A stretch of 64,000 nt of DNA, from the NCBI GenBank assembly GCA_003285105.1, contig CP030158.1, forward strand, positions 851,447 to 915,446. Direction: 5' to 3'. The translations under genes and the position numbers were made by a program. The notes beneath the pieces were generated by a model, which ran no database searches, was not told the DNA's origin, and saw only the letters and a list, made by a program, of their open reading frames with translations. Origin of the DNA: Roseithermus sacchariphilus (GTDB lineage Bacteria; Bacteroidota; Rhodothermia; Rhodothermales; MEBIC09517). This document shows positions 1 to 9,043 of the stretch, piece by piece (the first letter of the stretch is position 1; the number at the start of each line of letters is the position of its first letter).

Positions 1-1928
1 AACGGCTCCTCGGCGAGGACGCGCCCGAGGCGGTGGACGTCACCGTGGCCGGCACGGGCAGCCGCCTCATCGCCGGCACGCTGAAGGGCACCCTCACCCG
101 CGCCGAGGCCGAACGCCTGCTGCTCGACGGCTTCTTCCCCGAGACGCCGCTCGACGCCCCGCTCCAGCAGGGCCGCCGCCGGGGGCTGACCGAGCTCGGC
201 CTGCCCTACGAAGCCGATCCGGCCATCACGCGCCACCTGGCGGCCTTCTGGCGGCGCGCCCGGCCCTACCTCCGTGAACAAACCGGCCGGACGGCGCTCT
301 TTCCCGACTACCTCCTGTTCAACGGCGGCGTCTTCACCCCGGCCCCGCTACGCGCCCGGCTGCGTGGGATCGTCCGCGACTGGTTCCGCGACGTGGCCGG
401 TGCAGACTGGACGCCGACCGAGCTGTCCAATCCCCGCCTGGACCTCGCCGTGGCCATGGGAGCCGCCTACTACGGGCTGGTCCGCCGGGGCGAGGGCATC
501 CGCGTCGGCAGCGGCAGCGCGCGGGCGTACTACGTCGGCGTGGCGGCGGATCAGCCCGAGGACGCCGTGCACCACGCCGTCTGCCTCGTGCCGCGCGGCG
601 CCGAGGAAGGCTTCGTCGGGCGGCTGACGGACGTGACGTTCGAGGCCCTGGCCAACCATCCCGTCACCTTCCACCTCTACAGCTCCACGACCCGCACCGG
701 CGACGCCCTCGGCGACGTGGTGGCGCTCCCGGCCGACGAGGTCGTCGCCCTGCCGCCCATCCGCACGGCCCTCCCCTTCGGCAAGAAGGCCGTCGCCCGC
801 CGGGTCCCCGTGCAGCTCCGCGTGGAGCTGACCGAGGTCGGCACGCTGGCCCTCTGGTGCGACTCCGTCCACACCGAGCACCGCTGGCAGCTCCAGTTCG
901 ACGTCCGCCAGGAGCCCGAAACGGACGTGCCCGAGGCCCCCGCCGGGCCTCCCCTCGACCCCGACCGGCTCGACGACGCCACGGCGATGCTCCGGCAGGT
1001 CTTCACCGGCGACGGCCTGCCCGACGGCCTGTGGGAGCGGCTGGAGGACGTCCTGGAGCAGCCCCGCGCCGACTGGCCCATGCCCGTCCTCCGCAAGCTG
1101 GCCGACACGCTCCTGCCGCTCCCGCGCGACCGCTCGGCCGCGCACGAGGTGCTGTGGTTCGACCTGCTCGGCTACGGCCTGCGGCCCGGCTACGGCGACC
1201 CGGTGGACGCATGGCGTGTGGACCAGGCCTGGAAGAATTACCTGGAGGCGTTGCACTTCCCTGCAGAGGAGGCGAACCGCCTGGCGTGGTGGCGGTTCTG
1301 GCGGCGCATCGGCGGGGGGCTCCCGGCGGCGAAGCAGGAGCAGGTCTACTACGACGCCCGCCCGTACGTCCAGCTCCGCGTACAGACCCGCAAGCCGCAC
1401 CCGATCTACTCGCGCCGGATGAAGCTCCCGGAGAAGCACGAGGCGTGGATGACGCTGGCGAGCTTCGAGCGGCTCTCGGTGGACATCAAGACGACGCTCG
1501 GCCACCTGCTGCTCCAGGCCATCAAGCAGGACAAGCCCCGGCCGGCGACGATGTGGGCGCTGGCCCGGCTCGGCGCCCGGCACCCGGTCTACGGCCCGCA
1601 GGACCGCCTCGTCCCGCCCGACGAGGTGGCGGCCTGGCTCAAGGCGATCCTCACCCTGCCCCCGCCGCGGCGGGACTACGTCGCCTACGCCCTCGCCCAG
1701 CTCGCCCGCCGCACCGGCGACCGCGACCGGGACGTGCCGGAGGACTGGTTCCAGCAGGTCTACCGCTGGCTCCGCAAGATGGACGACGAGGCGCACTACC
1801 GCGCCCTGCTCGACGCCACCGACCCCGCGCCCGACCACCCCGGCCAGCGCTGGCTCCTCGGCGAGCCCCTCCCCGACGCCGGCCACGCCCTGCTCGACCC
1901 CCAGGGCATCGCCGTGCGGACCCGGTGA
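1..1928 (+). CDS. Hsp70-family (actin-like ATPase) protein, atypical non-DnaK type. 5' end lies outside the window.
   Basis: The reading frame is open from the window edge. The segment ...LLFNGGVFTPAPLRARL...ELSNPRLDLAVAMGAAYYG matches the C-terminal end of an Hsp70 nucleotide-binding domain. It is followed by about 450 aa of unrecognised sequence. Confidence 0.5.
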   Translation, partial: RLLGEDAPEAVDVTVAGTGSRLIAGTLKGTLTRAEAERLLLDGFFPETPLDAPLQQGRRRGLTELGLPYEADPAITRHLAAFWRRARPYLREQTGRTALFPDYLLFNGGVFTPAPLRARLRGIVRDWFRDVAGADWTPTELSNPRLDLAVAMGAAYYGLVRRGEGIRVGSGSARAYYVGVAADQPEDAVHHAVCLVPRGAEEGFVGRLTDVTFEALANHPVTFHLYSSTTRTGDALGDVVALPADEVVALPPIRTALPFGKKAVARRVPVQLRVELTEVGTLALWCDSVHTEHRWQLQFDVRQEPETDVPEAPAGPPLDPDRLDDATAMLRQVFTGDGLPDGLWERLEDVLEQPRADWPMPVLRKLADTLLPLPRDRSAAHEVLWFDLLGYGLRPGYGDPVDAWRVDQAWKNYLEALHFPAEEANRLAWWRFWRRIGGGLPAAKQEQVYYDARPYVQLRVQTRKPHPIYSRRMKLPEKHEAWMTLASFERLSVDIKTTLGHLLLQAIKQDKPRPATMWALARLGARHPVYGPQDRLVPPDEVAAWLKAILTLPPPRRDYVAYALAQLARRTGDRDRDVPEDWFQQVYRWLRKMDDEAHYRALLDATDPAPDHPGQRWLLGEPLPDAGHALLDPQGIAVRTR

Positions 1929-1934
1929 TCGCTC

Positions 1935-3095
1935 CTACTCCTCCAGAAAAGCCGGTCGGTAGGTCCGTGCATCCGACAGCCCGAAGGTCGACGCCCGCCG
2001 GCCGCTGCGGCGCGCCCAGGCGCCGATCTCCTCGTCGGTCAGATCATCCCGTGGGATGCCGTCGATGTAGAAGACCACGTTGCGGCCGAGGCGGTCGGCG
2101 CGCCAGGTCTGGTTGATCGCATCGGCCCAGGTGAGACCGATGAAGCGGCGGCGCTCGGCGGGCGTCAGGGCGCGCCCCCGCGTTTCGGCCTCGGCAGCCA
2201 GGCGCTCACGCGCGGCACGCACGCGGCTCGATGAGATGCCGGCGTGCATCCCGAGGTCGAAGAAAAAGGCATAGTCGACCTCCGTCGCCGCGGTGTCGGG
2301 GACGAGGCTGTAGAGGCGGCGCAGGTTGGGCACCAGCCACTGATCGCTCTCGAAGGCAAACGCGTCGTAGGCCGTACGGCCTTCTTCCCGCCGGCCGAGC
2401 GCCTGCAACCGCTCCTTCCAGACCTGCCGCCGCACCGGATCGGCGTACACCGGTTCGAGCAATGCGTAGCCCTCGCTGCGGTCGCCACGCATCAGCGCCT
2501 CCACGGTGGGGAACTCGTCGCCGAAGAGCTCGGGCAGCAGATCCGGGTGCCGGGCGTGGATGCGTTGCAGGATGGCCTGTACCTCATTGCCCCACCCGAC
2601 GGTCGCCCCGTACGGCCCCCACGTCAGCGCCGAGCGGTCGTCGGCCGTGCCGTAGTTCCATTCCACGCGGTCGTAGTCCGTCCCCTCATGCGTCAGCGCG
2701 AGGGCGAAAGCACGGGCGTGCACGGAGGGCGGCGGGGCCTGCGGGAGCACGCGCCGCCACAGGGCGGTGTGGACGGTGCCGTGCAGCGGATGCCCCTCCG
2801 CTACGGCCAGCGCTTCGAATCCGGGGCAGGCAAGCACCCGCAGAAGCGCCCGATGCGTGCCGCGTCCGTAGAGCCCGTCGGCCGCGATGGCCTCATGCCC
2901 GCAGGCCTGGAGCGCCTCCGAGAGGCCTCGCTGCCACGCCGGAAGCGCGCCCCACTTCGAGTCGCGCAGCAGCTTCCCGTCATAGTGATAAAGCACGGCG
3001 CTCGAATCCAGCACCGTGGGCTGGCTGTGGACCGGCCCGCCGCCGAGCATCCACACCACGCACGCCATCAACCCAACCCCTGCTTGCCTGCTCAT
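1935..3095 (-). CDS. Secreted protein with an N-terminal peptidoglycan-binding-like domain and a C-terminal hydrolase-like domain, possibly GH46 chitosanase-like.
   Basis: Signal peptide MSRQAGVGLMACVVWMLGG. PG_binding_1-like motif ALQACGHEAIAADGLYGRGTHRALLRVL. The segment THEGTDYDRVEWNYGTADDRSALTWGPYGATVGWG resembles a GH46 catalytic region. The start was taken at the internal Met of ORF 1935..3170. Confidence 0.4.
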   Translation of the reverse strand: MSRQAGVGLMACVVWMLGGGPVHSQPTVLDSSAVLYHYDGKLLRDSKWGALPAWQRGLSEALQACGHEAIAADGLYGRGTHRALLRVLACPGFEALAVAEGHPLHGTVHTALWRRVLPQAPPPSVHARAFALALTHEGTDYDRVEWNYGTADDRSALTWGPYGATVGWGNEVQAILQRIHARHPDLLPELFGDEFPTVEALMRGDRSEGYALLEPVYADPVRRQVWKERLQALGRREEGRTAYDAFAFESDQWLVPNLRRLYSLVPDTAATEVDYAFFFDLGMHAGISSSRVRAARERLAAEAETRGRALTPAERRRFIGLTWADAINQTWRADRLGRNVVFYIDGIPRDDLTDEEIGAWARRSGRRASTFGLSDARTYRPAFLEE

Positions 3096-3329
3096 GACCT
3101 GCCTCGGCTCGTTATTCGGATGATGATGCCCGGAGAAGATGGCCTCTCGATGCCGCCTTCCTCTTCCCAAGGTAGTCCACGACGGCGGAAGGTGCTGCCC
3201 GGCGAACCGTCAAACGCCACCGCCTCCCGCCACGAGCCACCCCGCCCGAAGCGCTCCGATCACGGCAACCTTCCCGGCCGGTCAGACCCGGCGGCGCCCC
3301 CTCCGAAAATGGAAGGGCTTTTTCAGGCA

Positions 3330-3460
3330 CCTCTTCATCCAGCCTTCAATTTTATTCTTTTGTGCACAGAAGCAACATTGATATAATTATTGAGGTCAGA
3401 GACGAATTAACCCATCAAAACAAAGTCAATTGATTCCATATCGGGTTCCATCGCGCCCTT
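3330..3460 (+). promoter_or_regulatory. AT-rich intergenic region upstream of the nitrate-assimilation operon. It contains the palindrome TGTGCACA and the element TTGATATAATTATTGA.
   Basis: GC drops sharply. The region lies between divergent genes and directly upstream of narK. Confidence 0.35.
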
Positions 3461-3695
3461 GCCTGATGGCCTGGAGAGGCCGTCTGGACGGCCCCACACC
3501 GCCGGCAGCCACGCGCACACACCGCCTTCATTCCAGCCAGACCCCGGCGATGTCGCCGCCGCGCCGGGCCGCGTCTCCGGGCTGCGTCGTGAGCGCGTCG
3601 TACGGCCTCGAAGCCGTGCATGCCGCCTGAACCGGGCGTTGCCATCCGTACATCCATTTTTCGCCATCCCACATCGCCCAGCGCCGAACGGCCCC

Positions 3696-5042
3696 ATGGA
3701 CATCCGAGGAAAAGCGACACGCATCCATCTGTTCAACGTCAGCACCCCGCAGATGCGGGCGTTCCATCTGTCGTGGTTCGCCTTCTTCCTGTGCTTCTTC
3801 GCCTGGTTTGGCATGGCCCCGCTCATGAAGGTGGTGCGCGAGGAACTGGGGCTGACCCCGGCTCAGGTGGGCAACACCATCATCGCCTCCGTGGCCGTCA
3901 CCATCCTCGCCCGGCTCGGCATCGGCTGGCTGTGTGACCGCTTCGGGCCGCGCCTCACCTACACCTGGCTGCTCGTCCTCGGGGCCCTGCCCGTGATGGG
4001 GATCGGGCTGGCCCATGATTACCAGACGTTCCTGTTCTTCCGCCTGCTGATCGGCTTCATCGGTGCCAGTTTCGTCATCACGCAGTACCACACCTCCATC
4101 ATGTTCGCGCCCAACGTCGTCGGCACCGCCAACGCAACGTCGGCCGGCTGGGGAAACCTCGGCGGGGGCGTCACCCAGATGGTGATGCCGCTGCTGTTCG
4201 CGGGGATGGTCGGGCTCGGAGCCAGCGAGGCCCTCGGATGGCGCCTCTCGATGGTGGTGGCCGGCCTGGTGTGCATGGCCACGGGCGTAGCCTACTATTT
4301 CCTGACGCAGGATACCCCGGAGGGCAACTTCAAAGACCTGCGGGCACGGGGCATCGAGATCGGCTCGAAGGCCTCGACCCGGGGCACCTTCCTGATGGCC
4401 TGCAAGGACTACCGCGTCTGGGCGCTCTTCTTCGTGTATGCCGCCTGCTTCGGCATCGAACTGACCATCAACAACGTCGCGGCCCTGTACTTCGCCGACT
4501 ACTTCACGCTCGACCTGACGACGGCCGGCACCGTGGCCGCGCTCTTCGGGCTGATGAACATCTTTGCCCGGACACTCGGCGGCATCTTCGGCGACCGGTT
4601 CGGGGCCAGAAAGGGGTTGCGGGGGCGCGTGCAGTGGCTCTTCATCGCCCTCCTGGTGGAGGGCTTCGCGCTGATGTTGTTTTCGCGGATGGAGGCCCTG
4701 CCCACGGCCGTCGCCACGCTGATCTTCTTCAGTCTGTTCGTGCAGATGTCCGAAGGGGCGACCTTCTCCGTCGTGCCGTTCATCAACAAGAAAGCCCTTG
4801 GCTCGGTGGCCGGGATCGTCGGGGCGGGCGGCAACTTCGGGGCCGTGCTGGCGGGCTTCCTGTTCAAGGGCTCCGTGGCCTGGCCGACGGCCTTTCTCAT
4901 CCTCGGCGGCATCGTCACCGGCACAGCGTTCCTGGCCCTCGCCGTGCGCTTCTCCGAAGCCGACGAGCGGGCTGCCCGCGAAGAACGAGAAGCCCGGCTC
5001 CGCGAGAGCGAAACCGCGGCGGCGCTGCCGGCGATGGCATGA
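3696..5042 (+). CDS. narK: Nitrate/nitrite transporter, MFS family (NNP/NarK).
   Basis: MDIRGKATRIHLFNVSTPQMRAFHLSWFAFFLCFFAWFGMAPLM..., with about 12 transmembrane segments and the NNP signature. The ATG at 3696 was verified in-frame inside ORF 3459..5042. Confidence 0.9.
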   Translation: MDIRGKATRIHLFNVSTPQMRAFHLSWFAFFLCFFAWFGMAPLMKVVREELGLTPAQVGNTIIASVAVTILARLGIGWLCDRFGPRLTYTWLLVLGALPVMGIGLAHDYQTFLFFRLLIGFIGASFVITQYHTSIMFAPNVVGTANATSAGWGNLGGGVTQMVMPLLFAGMVGLGASEALGWRLSMVVAGLVCMATGVAYYFLTQDTPEGNFKDLRARGIEIGSKASTRGTFLMACKDYRVWALFFVYAACFGIELTINNVAALYFADYFTLDLTTAGTVAALFGLMNIFARTLGGIFGDRFGARKGLRGRVQWLFIALLVEGFALMLFSRMEALPTAVATLIFFSLFVQMSEGATFSVVPFINKKALGSVAGIVGAGGNFGAVLAGFLFKGSVAWPTAFLILGGIVTGTAFLALAVRFSEADERAAREEREARLRESETAAALPAMA

Positions 5043-5164
5043 TCCCCGCGCCACACCGCACCGCGGACGAATGCCCGGAAGGCCCCGCCCGGCCGCCACG
5101 GGCAACGCCGTACCCCGCTCCCTGACCTGCCGCTCCTTCCCTCTTTTAACGTCTCCACGTCATC

Positions 5165-6937
5165 ATGCAGCCGTTCAGCGAAGAGCAGAAACAGTACCTG
5201 CAGGGCTTTATGGCCGGCGTCGTGCAGCGCGGTGGGTTGCCCTTTGCCGGACAGACCCCGGACGGGCGCATCACCCACGCCCCGGAGGCGGCCGAACGCG
5301 ACCTGGCCGACCCCGGCATCGACCAGCTCTACGGCACCCCCGTCGAGGAGCTGAGCAAGCAGGAGCGGATCAAGCTGGAGAAGAACCCGCATGCGATGTG
5401 GGACGACGTGCTGGCACACGCTGCGGCCGGCACGATGCCCGAGGGCGATGACATCTTCCGCTACAAAGCCTTGGGGCTGTTCAACGTGGCCCCCGTGCAG
5501 GACGGCTTCATGCTGCGCTGTCGTATTCCCGGCTGTATGCTGCGGGCCGATCAGCTGCGCGGCCTGGCCGACCTGGCCGACGCCTACGGGGCCGGCTACG
5601 GCGACGTCACCACCCGCGGCAACATCCAGCTCCGCGAGATCAAACCCCGCCACGCCGCCGATGTGCTCATCGGTCTCTACGACATCGGGCTGACCTCAAA
5701 GGGTGCCGGGGCCGACAACCTCCGCAACATCACCGCCTCGCCAACGGCCGGCTTCGACCCCCAGGAGGTGTTCGACGTGCGCCCGCTGGCCCGGGCCATG
5801 CATCACTACATCCTTCACAGCCCCGACCTCTACGGCCTGCCGCGCAAGTTCAACATCGCCTTCGACGGCGGCGGCCGCGTCAGCGTAGCGGCGGACACGA
5901 ACGACCTCGGCTTCATGGCCGTCCGGGTGGACGAGGGCGCGGGCGTCGAGCCGGGCGTCTACTTCCGCATCGAGCTGGGCGGCGTCACCGGGCATGGGGC
6001 CTTTGCACACGATACCGGCTTCATGGTGCGGCCCGAACAGTGTGTGGCCGCCGCTGCCGCCGTGGTGCGGGTCTACCTCGAACACGGCGACCGGACCAAC
6101 CGCAAGAAGGCCCGCCTGAAGTATCTGCTGGAAGCCTGGGGCACCGACCGGTTCATGGCCGAAGTGCAGAACCGCCTCGCCTTCGAACTGACGGCCCTGC
6201 CCCGTGCGCGGTGTGCTCCACGCCCGCCGGTGGTGCGCCACAGTCACATCGGCTTTCATCCGCAGAAACAGGCCGGCAGGTACTACGTCGGGGTGGTGGT
6301 GCCGGTGGGCCGCATGACCTCCGCCCAGATGCGCGGCCTGGCCGACATCGCCGCCCGCTACGGCTCCGGCGACCTCCGCCTGACCATCTTCCAGAACGTG
6401 CTGATCCCGGACCTTTCCGAGGCGGACGTGGAAGCCGTCCAGGACGCCCTCCGAGACCTCGGCTTTCACTACGAGACCGAGGACGTCCGCAGCGGCCTGG
6501 TGGCCTGCACGGGCGCGGCCGGATGCCCGTATGCCAACACCCATACCAAGGAGCACGCCCTGACCCTCGGCGAGTACCTGGCCGCGCAGGTCCCCATGGA
6601 CCAGCCGATCAACATCCACTTCACCGGCTGCCCGAACTCGTGCGCCCAGCACTACTGCGGCGACATCGGCCTGCTGGGTGTGCCGGTCAAGCGGGAGGAT
6701 GGCACCCGCGTAGACGGCTGCACCATCGTCCTCGGCGGGGGCATGGACCAGGACCAGGGGCTCGCCCGCGAGTTGGTCCGCAGCCTCCCGTTCGACGAGG
6801 TCCCCCCGTTGCTGGCCCACGTGCTGAAGACCTACCTCCGCGAGCGGACCGGCCAGGAGTCCTTCACGGCCTTTACCCGCCGCCACGACACCGACACGCT
6901 CCGCAGCCTCTTCCTCGATTCCTTCCAGGCGATATGA
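5165..6937 (+). CDS. nirA: Assimilatory nitrite (or sulfite) reductase hemoprotein of the siroheme/[4Fe-4S] NirA family. It carries an N-terminal CysJ-like docking motif.
   Basis: Cys cluster CTGAAGCPYANT...HFTGCPNSCAQHYCGDIGLLG, with duplicated nitrite/sulfite reductase ferredoxin-like halves. The gene sits in a nitrate-assimilation context. Confidence 0.88.
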   Translation: MQPFSEEQKQYLQGFMAGVVQRGGLPFAGQTPDGRITHAPEAAERDLADPGIDQLYGTPVEELSKQERIKLEKNPHAMWDDVLAHAAAGTMPEGDDIFRYKALGLFNVAPVQDGFMLRCRIPGCMLRADQLRGLADLADAYGAGYGDVTTRGNIQLREIKPRHAADVLIGLYDIGLTSKGAGADNLRNITASPTAGFDPQEVFDVRPLARAMHHYILHSPDLYGLPRKFNIAFDGGGRVSVAADTNDLGFMAVRVDEGAGVEPGVYFRIELGGVTGHGAFAHDTGFMVRPEQCVAAAAAVVRVYLEHGDRTNRKKARLKYLLEAWGTDRFMAEVQNRLAFELTALPRARCAPRPPVVRHSHIGFHPQKQAGRYYVGVVVPVGRMTSAQMRGLADIAARYGSGDLRLTIFQNVLIPDLSEADVEAVQDALRDLGFHYETEDVRSGLVACTGAAGCPYANTHTKEHALTLGEYLAAQVPMDQPINIHFTGCPNSCAQHYCGDIGLLGVPVKREDGTRVDGCTIVLGGGMDQDQGLARELVRSLPFDEVPPLLAHVLKTYLRERTGQESFTAFTRRHDTDTLRSLFLDSFQAI

Positions 6938-7530
6938 TACCCCGGATCCCCGACCAGGCCCCGTTCAGCCGCGAACAGCGGGCCTGGCTCAACGGCTTCT
7001 TCGCCGGACTCTACTCGGTGCAGGCCGTGGACGGCCTCGTGCCCGACGCCCCTGCTCCCCCGACCCGCTCGGTGACCGTGCTGTTCGGCTCCCAGACCGG
7101 CACCGCAGAAGGCCTCGCGCGGAAAACGGTCAACGCGCTGAAGGCGCAGGGCTTTGCCGCCTCGGCCTGCGAACTCGACACCATGACCCCGGCCGATCTG
7201 GTGGATGTGCACCACCTGCTGGTCATTACGAGCACGTACGGCGACGGAGAGATGCCGGACAACGCGCAGATCTTCTGGGAGGCCCTTTCGGCCGAGGATG
7301 CGCCGCGCCTGGAGCAGACCGCTTTTGCCGTCTGTGCCCTCGGTGACAGCAGCTACCCCGACTTCTGCCAGGCCGGCAAGGACATCGATGCCCGCCTCGA
7401 AGCACTCGGGGCGCGGCGCCTTTTCCCCCGTGCCGATTGCGACATCGACTACGAAGCCGTCTTCGCCGGATGGCTCGAAGGCGTCTGCGAGGCCCTGAAC
7501 GTGCCCAGCGGAGACGGCGCCCTCGTCTGA
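6934..7530 (+). CDS. Flavodoxin-like FMN-binding protein, equivalent to the N-terminal half of CysJ. The start overlaps the nirA stop in an ATGA arrangement.
   Basis: VLFGSQTGTAEGLARK...HLLVITSTYGDGEMPDNA flavodoxin signature. N-terminal motif APFSREQRAWLNGFFAGL. Confidence 0.8.
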   Translation: MIPRIPDQAPFSREQRAWLNGFFAGLYSVQAVDGLVPDAPAPPTRSVTVLFGSQTGTAEGLARKTVNALKAQGFAASACELDTMTPADLVDVHHLLVITSTYGDGEMPDNAQIFWEALSAEDAPRLEQTAFAVCALGDSSYPDFCQAGKDIDARLEALGARRLFPRADCDIDYEAVFAGWLEGVCEALNVPSGDGALV

Positions 7531-7635
7531 GCCGACCGGCGAGGACGAGGCGGAGCGCCTCTGCCGCCCCCGGCTCCCACGACGCAGGCACCGAGCCTCC
7601 CGCCACCTGATCCCGTAGCCTCTCCCTGCTGCCCC

Positions 7636-8961
7636 ATGCCGCACCTGGTCCCGTATCTCCCCGACGATGCCCCCTTCTCCGCGGAGCAGCGCGCATGGCT
7701 CAACGGCTTCTTCGCCGGATGGAGCACCCGCGCCCGGAGCGGGGACGGCGCAGCGCTGTACCCGCCTCCCGGTGGCGACGGCCAGCCGCCGGCCGGTGAC
7801 GGGCAGGCCCGTGGCTGGCCGGTACCGGCCGACCCGCCCCCCCCGCACTACAGCCGCACACACCCCTTCCCGGCTCGGCTCCGTACCAACCGCCCGCTCA
7901 ACGCCGCAGGCTCCGCCAAAGACGTCCGCCACCTCGAGATTGACCTGGACGGCTCCGGGCTGACCTACGAGGCGGGCGACGCGCTCGGCGTGATCCCTCA
8001 GAACTGCCCGGCCTACGTGGAGAACCTGATCGACGCCCTCGGCTGGCGCGGAGACGAGCCGGTCGTGATCGACGGCGCCTCGATGCCCCTGCGCGAGGCC
8101 CTGCAGACACGCCTGACGATCACGCAGCCGCCCCGGGCCTTGCTCGATGCCTACGCCGAACGCAGCAACGACGACGCCCTGACCCACCTCCTCGAGGACC
8201 GGCAGACGCTGCACGACTTCCTCCGGGGCCGTGACGTGCTGGACCTGGTCCTGCGCTATCCCGCCGTCCGGTTCGAACCGCAATCCTTCGTGGATCTGCT
8301 GCGGCCGCTCCAGCATCGGCTCTACTCCATCTCCTCCAGTCCCCGCGCCCACCCCGGCGAGGTCCACCTGACCGTGGGCTGTGTGCGCTACGAAGCCCAC
8401 GGGCGCCTCCGCAAGGGCGTCTGCTCCACCTTCCTCGCCGAGCGGTGCGCGCCCGAGGACCCCCTCCCGGTGTTCGTCCACCCCAATACCACGTTCCGCT
8501 TGCCGGCCGACACCGACACCCCCATCATCATGATCGGCCCGGGAACGGGGATCGCCCCCTTCCGGGGCTTTCTCTACGAACGCCGGGCAACGGGCGCACG
8601 AGGCAAAAACTGGCTCATCTTCGGGGATCAGCACGCCGCCACGGATTTCCTCTACCGGGACGAACTGGAAGGCTTCCTCCAGGACGGCACGCTGGACCGC
8701 CTGGACCTGGCCTGGTCGCGAGACGGCGCCGAGAAGGTCTACGTGCAGCACCGCCTGCGAGAGCACGCCCGCACGCTTTTCGACTGGCTCGAGGACGGCG
8801 CGGTCCTCTACGTCTGCGGGGACGCCGCCCGCATGGCCAGAGACGTGGACGCCGCCCTGCACGACGTCCTCCGCACCGCCGGGGCCTTGAGCGAGGAGGC
8901 CGCTGCCGCCTACGTGACGCAACTCAAACAGGCCAGGCGCTACCTGCGCGATGTGTACTGA
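7636..8961 (+). CDS. FAD/NADPH-binding oxidoreductase of the ferredoxin-NADP reductase family, equivalent to the C-terminal half of CysJ.
   Basis: RLYSISSSP (RxYS FAD motif), GPGTGIAPFRGFL (NADPH site), C-terminal YVCGDAARMARDV. N-terminal motif APFSAEQRAWLNGFFAGW. Confidence 0.85.
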   Translation: MPHLVPYLPDDAPFSAEQRAWLNGFFAGWSTRARSGDGAALYPPPGGDGQPPAGDGQARGWPVPADPPPPHYSRTHPFPARLRTNRPLNAAGSAKDVRHLEIDLDGSGLTYEAGDALGVIPQNCPAYVENLIDALGWRGDEPVVIDGASMPLREALQTRLTITQPPRALLDAYAERSNDDALTHLLEDRQTLHDFLRGRDVLDLVLRYPAVRFEPQSFVDLLRPLQHRLYSISSSPRAHPGEVHLTVGCVRYEAHGRLRKGVCSTFLAERCAPEDPLPVFVHPNTTFRLPADTDTPIIMIGPGTGIAPFRGFLYERRATGARGKNWLIFGDQHAATDFLYRDELEGFLQDGTLDRLDLAWSRDGAEKVYVQHRLREHARTLFDWLEDGAVLYVCGDAARMARDVDAALHDVLRTAGALSEEAAAAYVTQLKQARRYLRDVY

Positions 8962-9043
8962 CGGGCGAAGGAGGCCCCCCACCAGGCTCGGCCCTCCGCG
9001 TCCCCTTTCGTCCTCCTCGCCCCCCTGCCAGGCCATCGAACCC

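Noticed and set aside
348-1886. Long antisense ORFs opposite real genes (348..1886 -, 3528..5105 -, 5696..6886 -, 6832..9078 -, 9490..11649 -, 11695..12543 -, 15892..18060 -, 22431..24044 +, 27862..29418 -, 33271..38457 -, 45184..47100 -, 47362..50193 +, 55880..58906 +)
   Set aside because: These are typical high-GC shadow ORFs. Translations are Arg/Gly/Pro/Ala-rich and lack domains, and each overlaps a gene with a strong homology signature on the other strand.
3330-3460. Sigma-54 (-24/-12) or NtcA (GTA-N8-TAC) promoter upstream of narK and of amtB
   Set aside because: GGCACctcttCATCC and TGTGcacagaagCAACA only partially resemble the consensus. There is no convincing match by eye.
8951-9043. 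Upstream extension of the nitrate reductase ORF (MCTDGRRRPP...)
   Set aside because: The conserved N-terminus MNRPPEQTVQTTCCYCGVGCG starts at 9044. The extension overlaps the end of the preceding gene.
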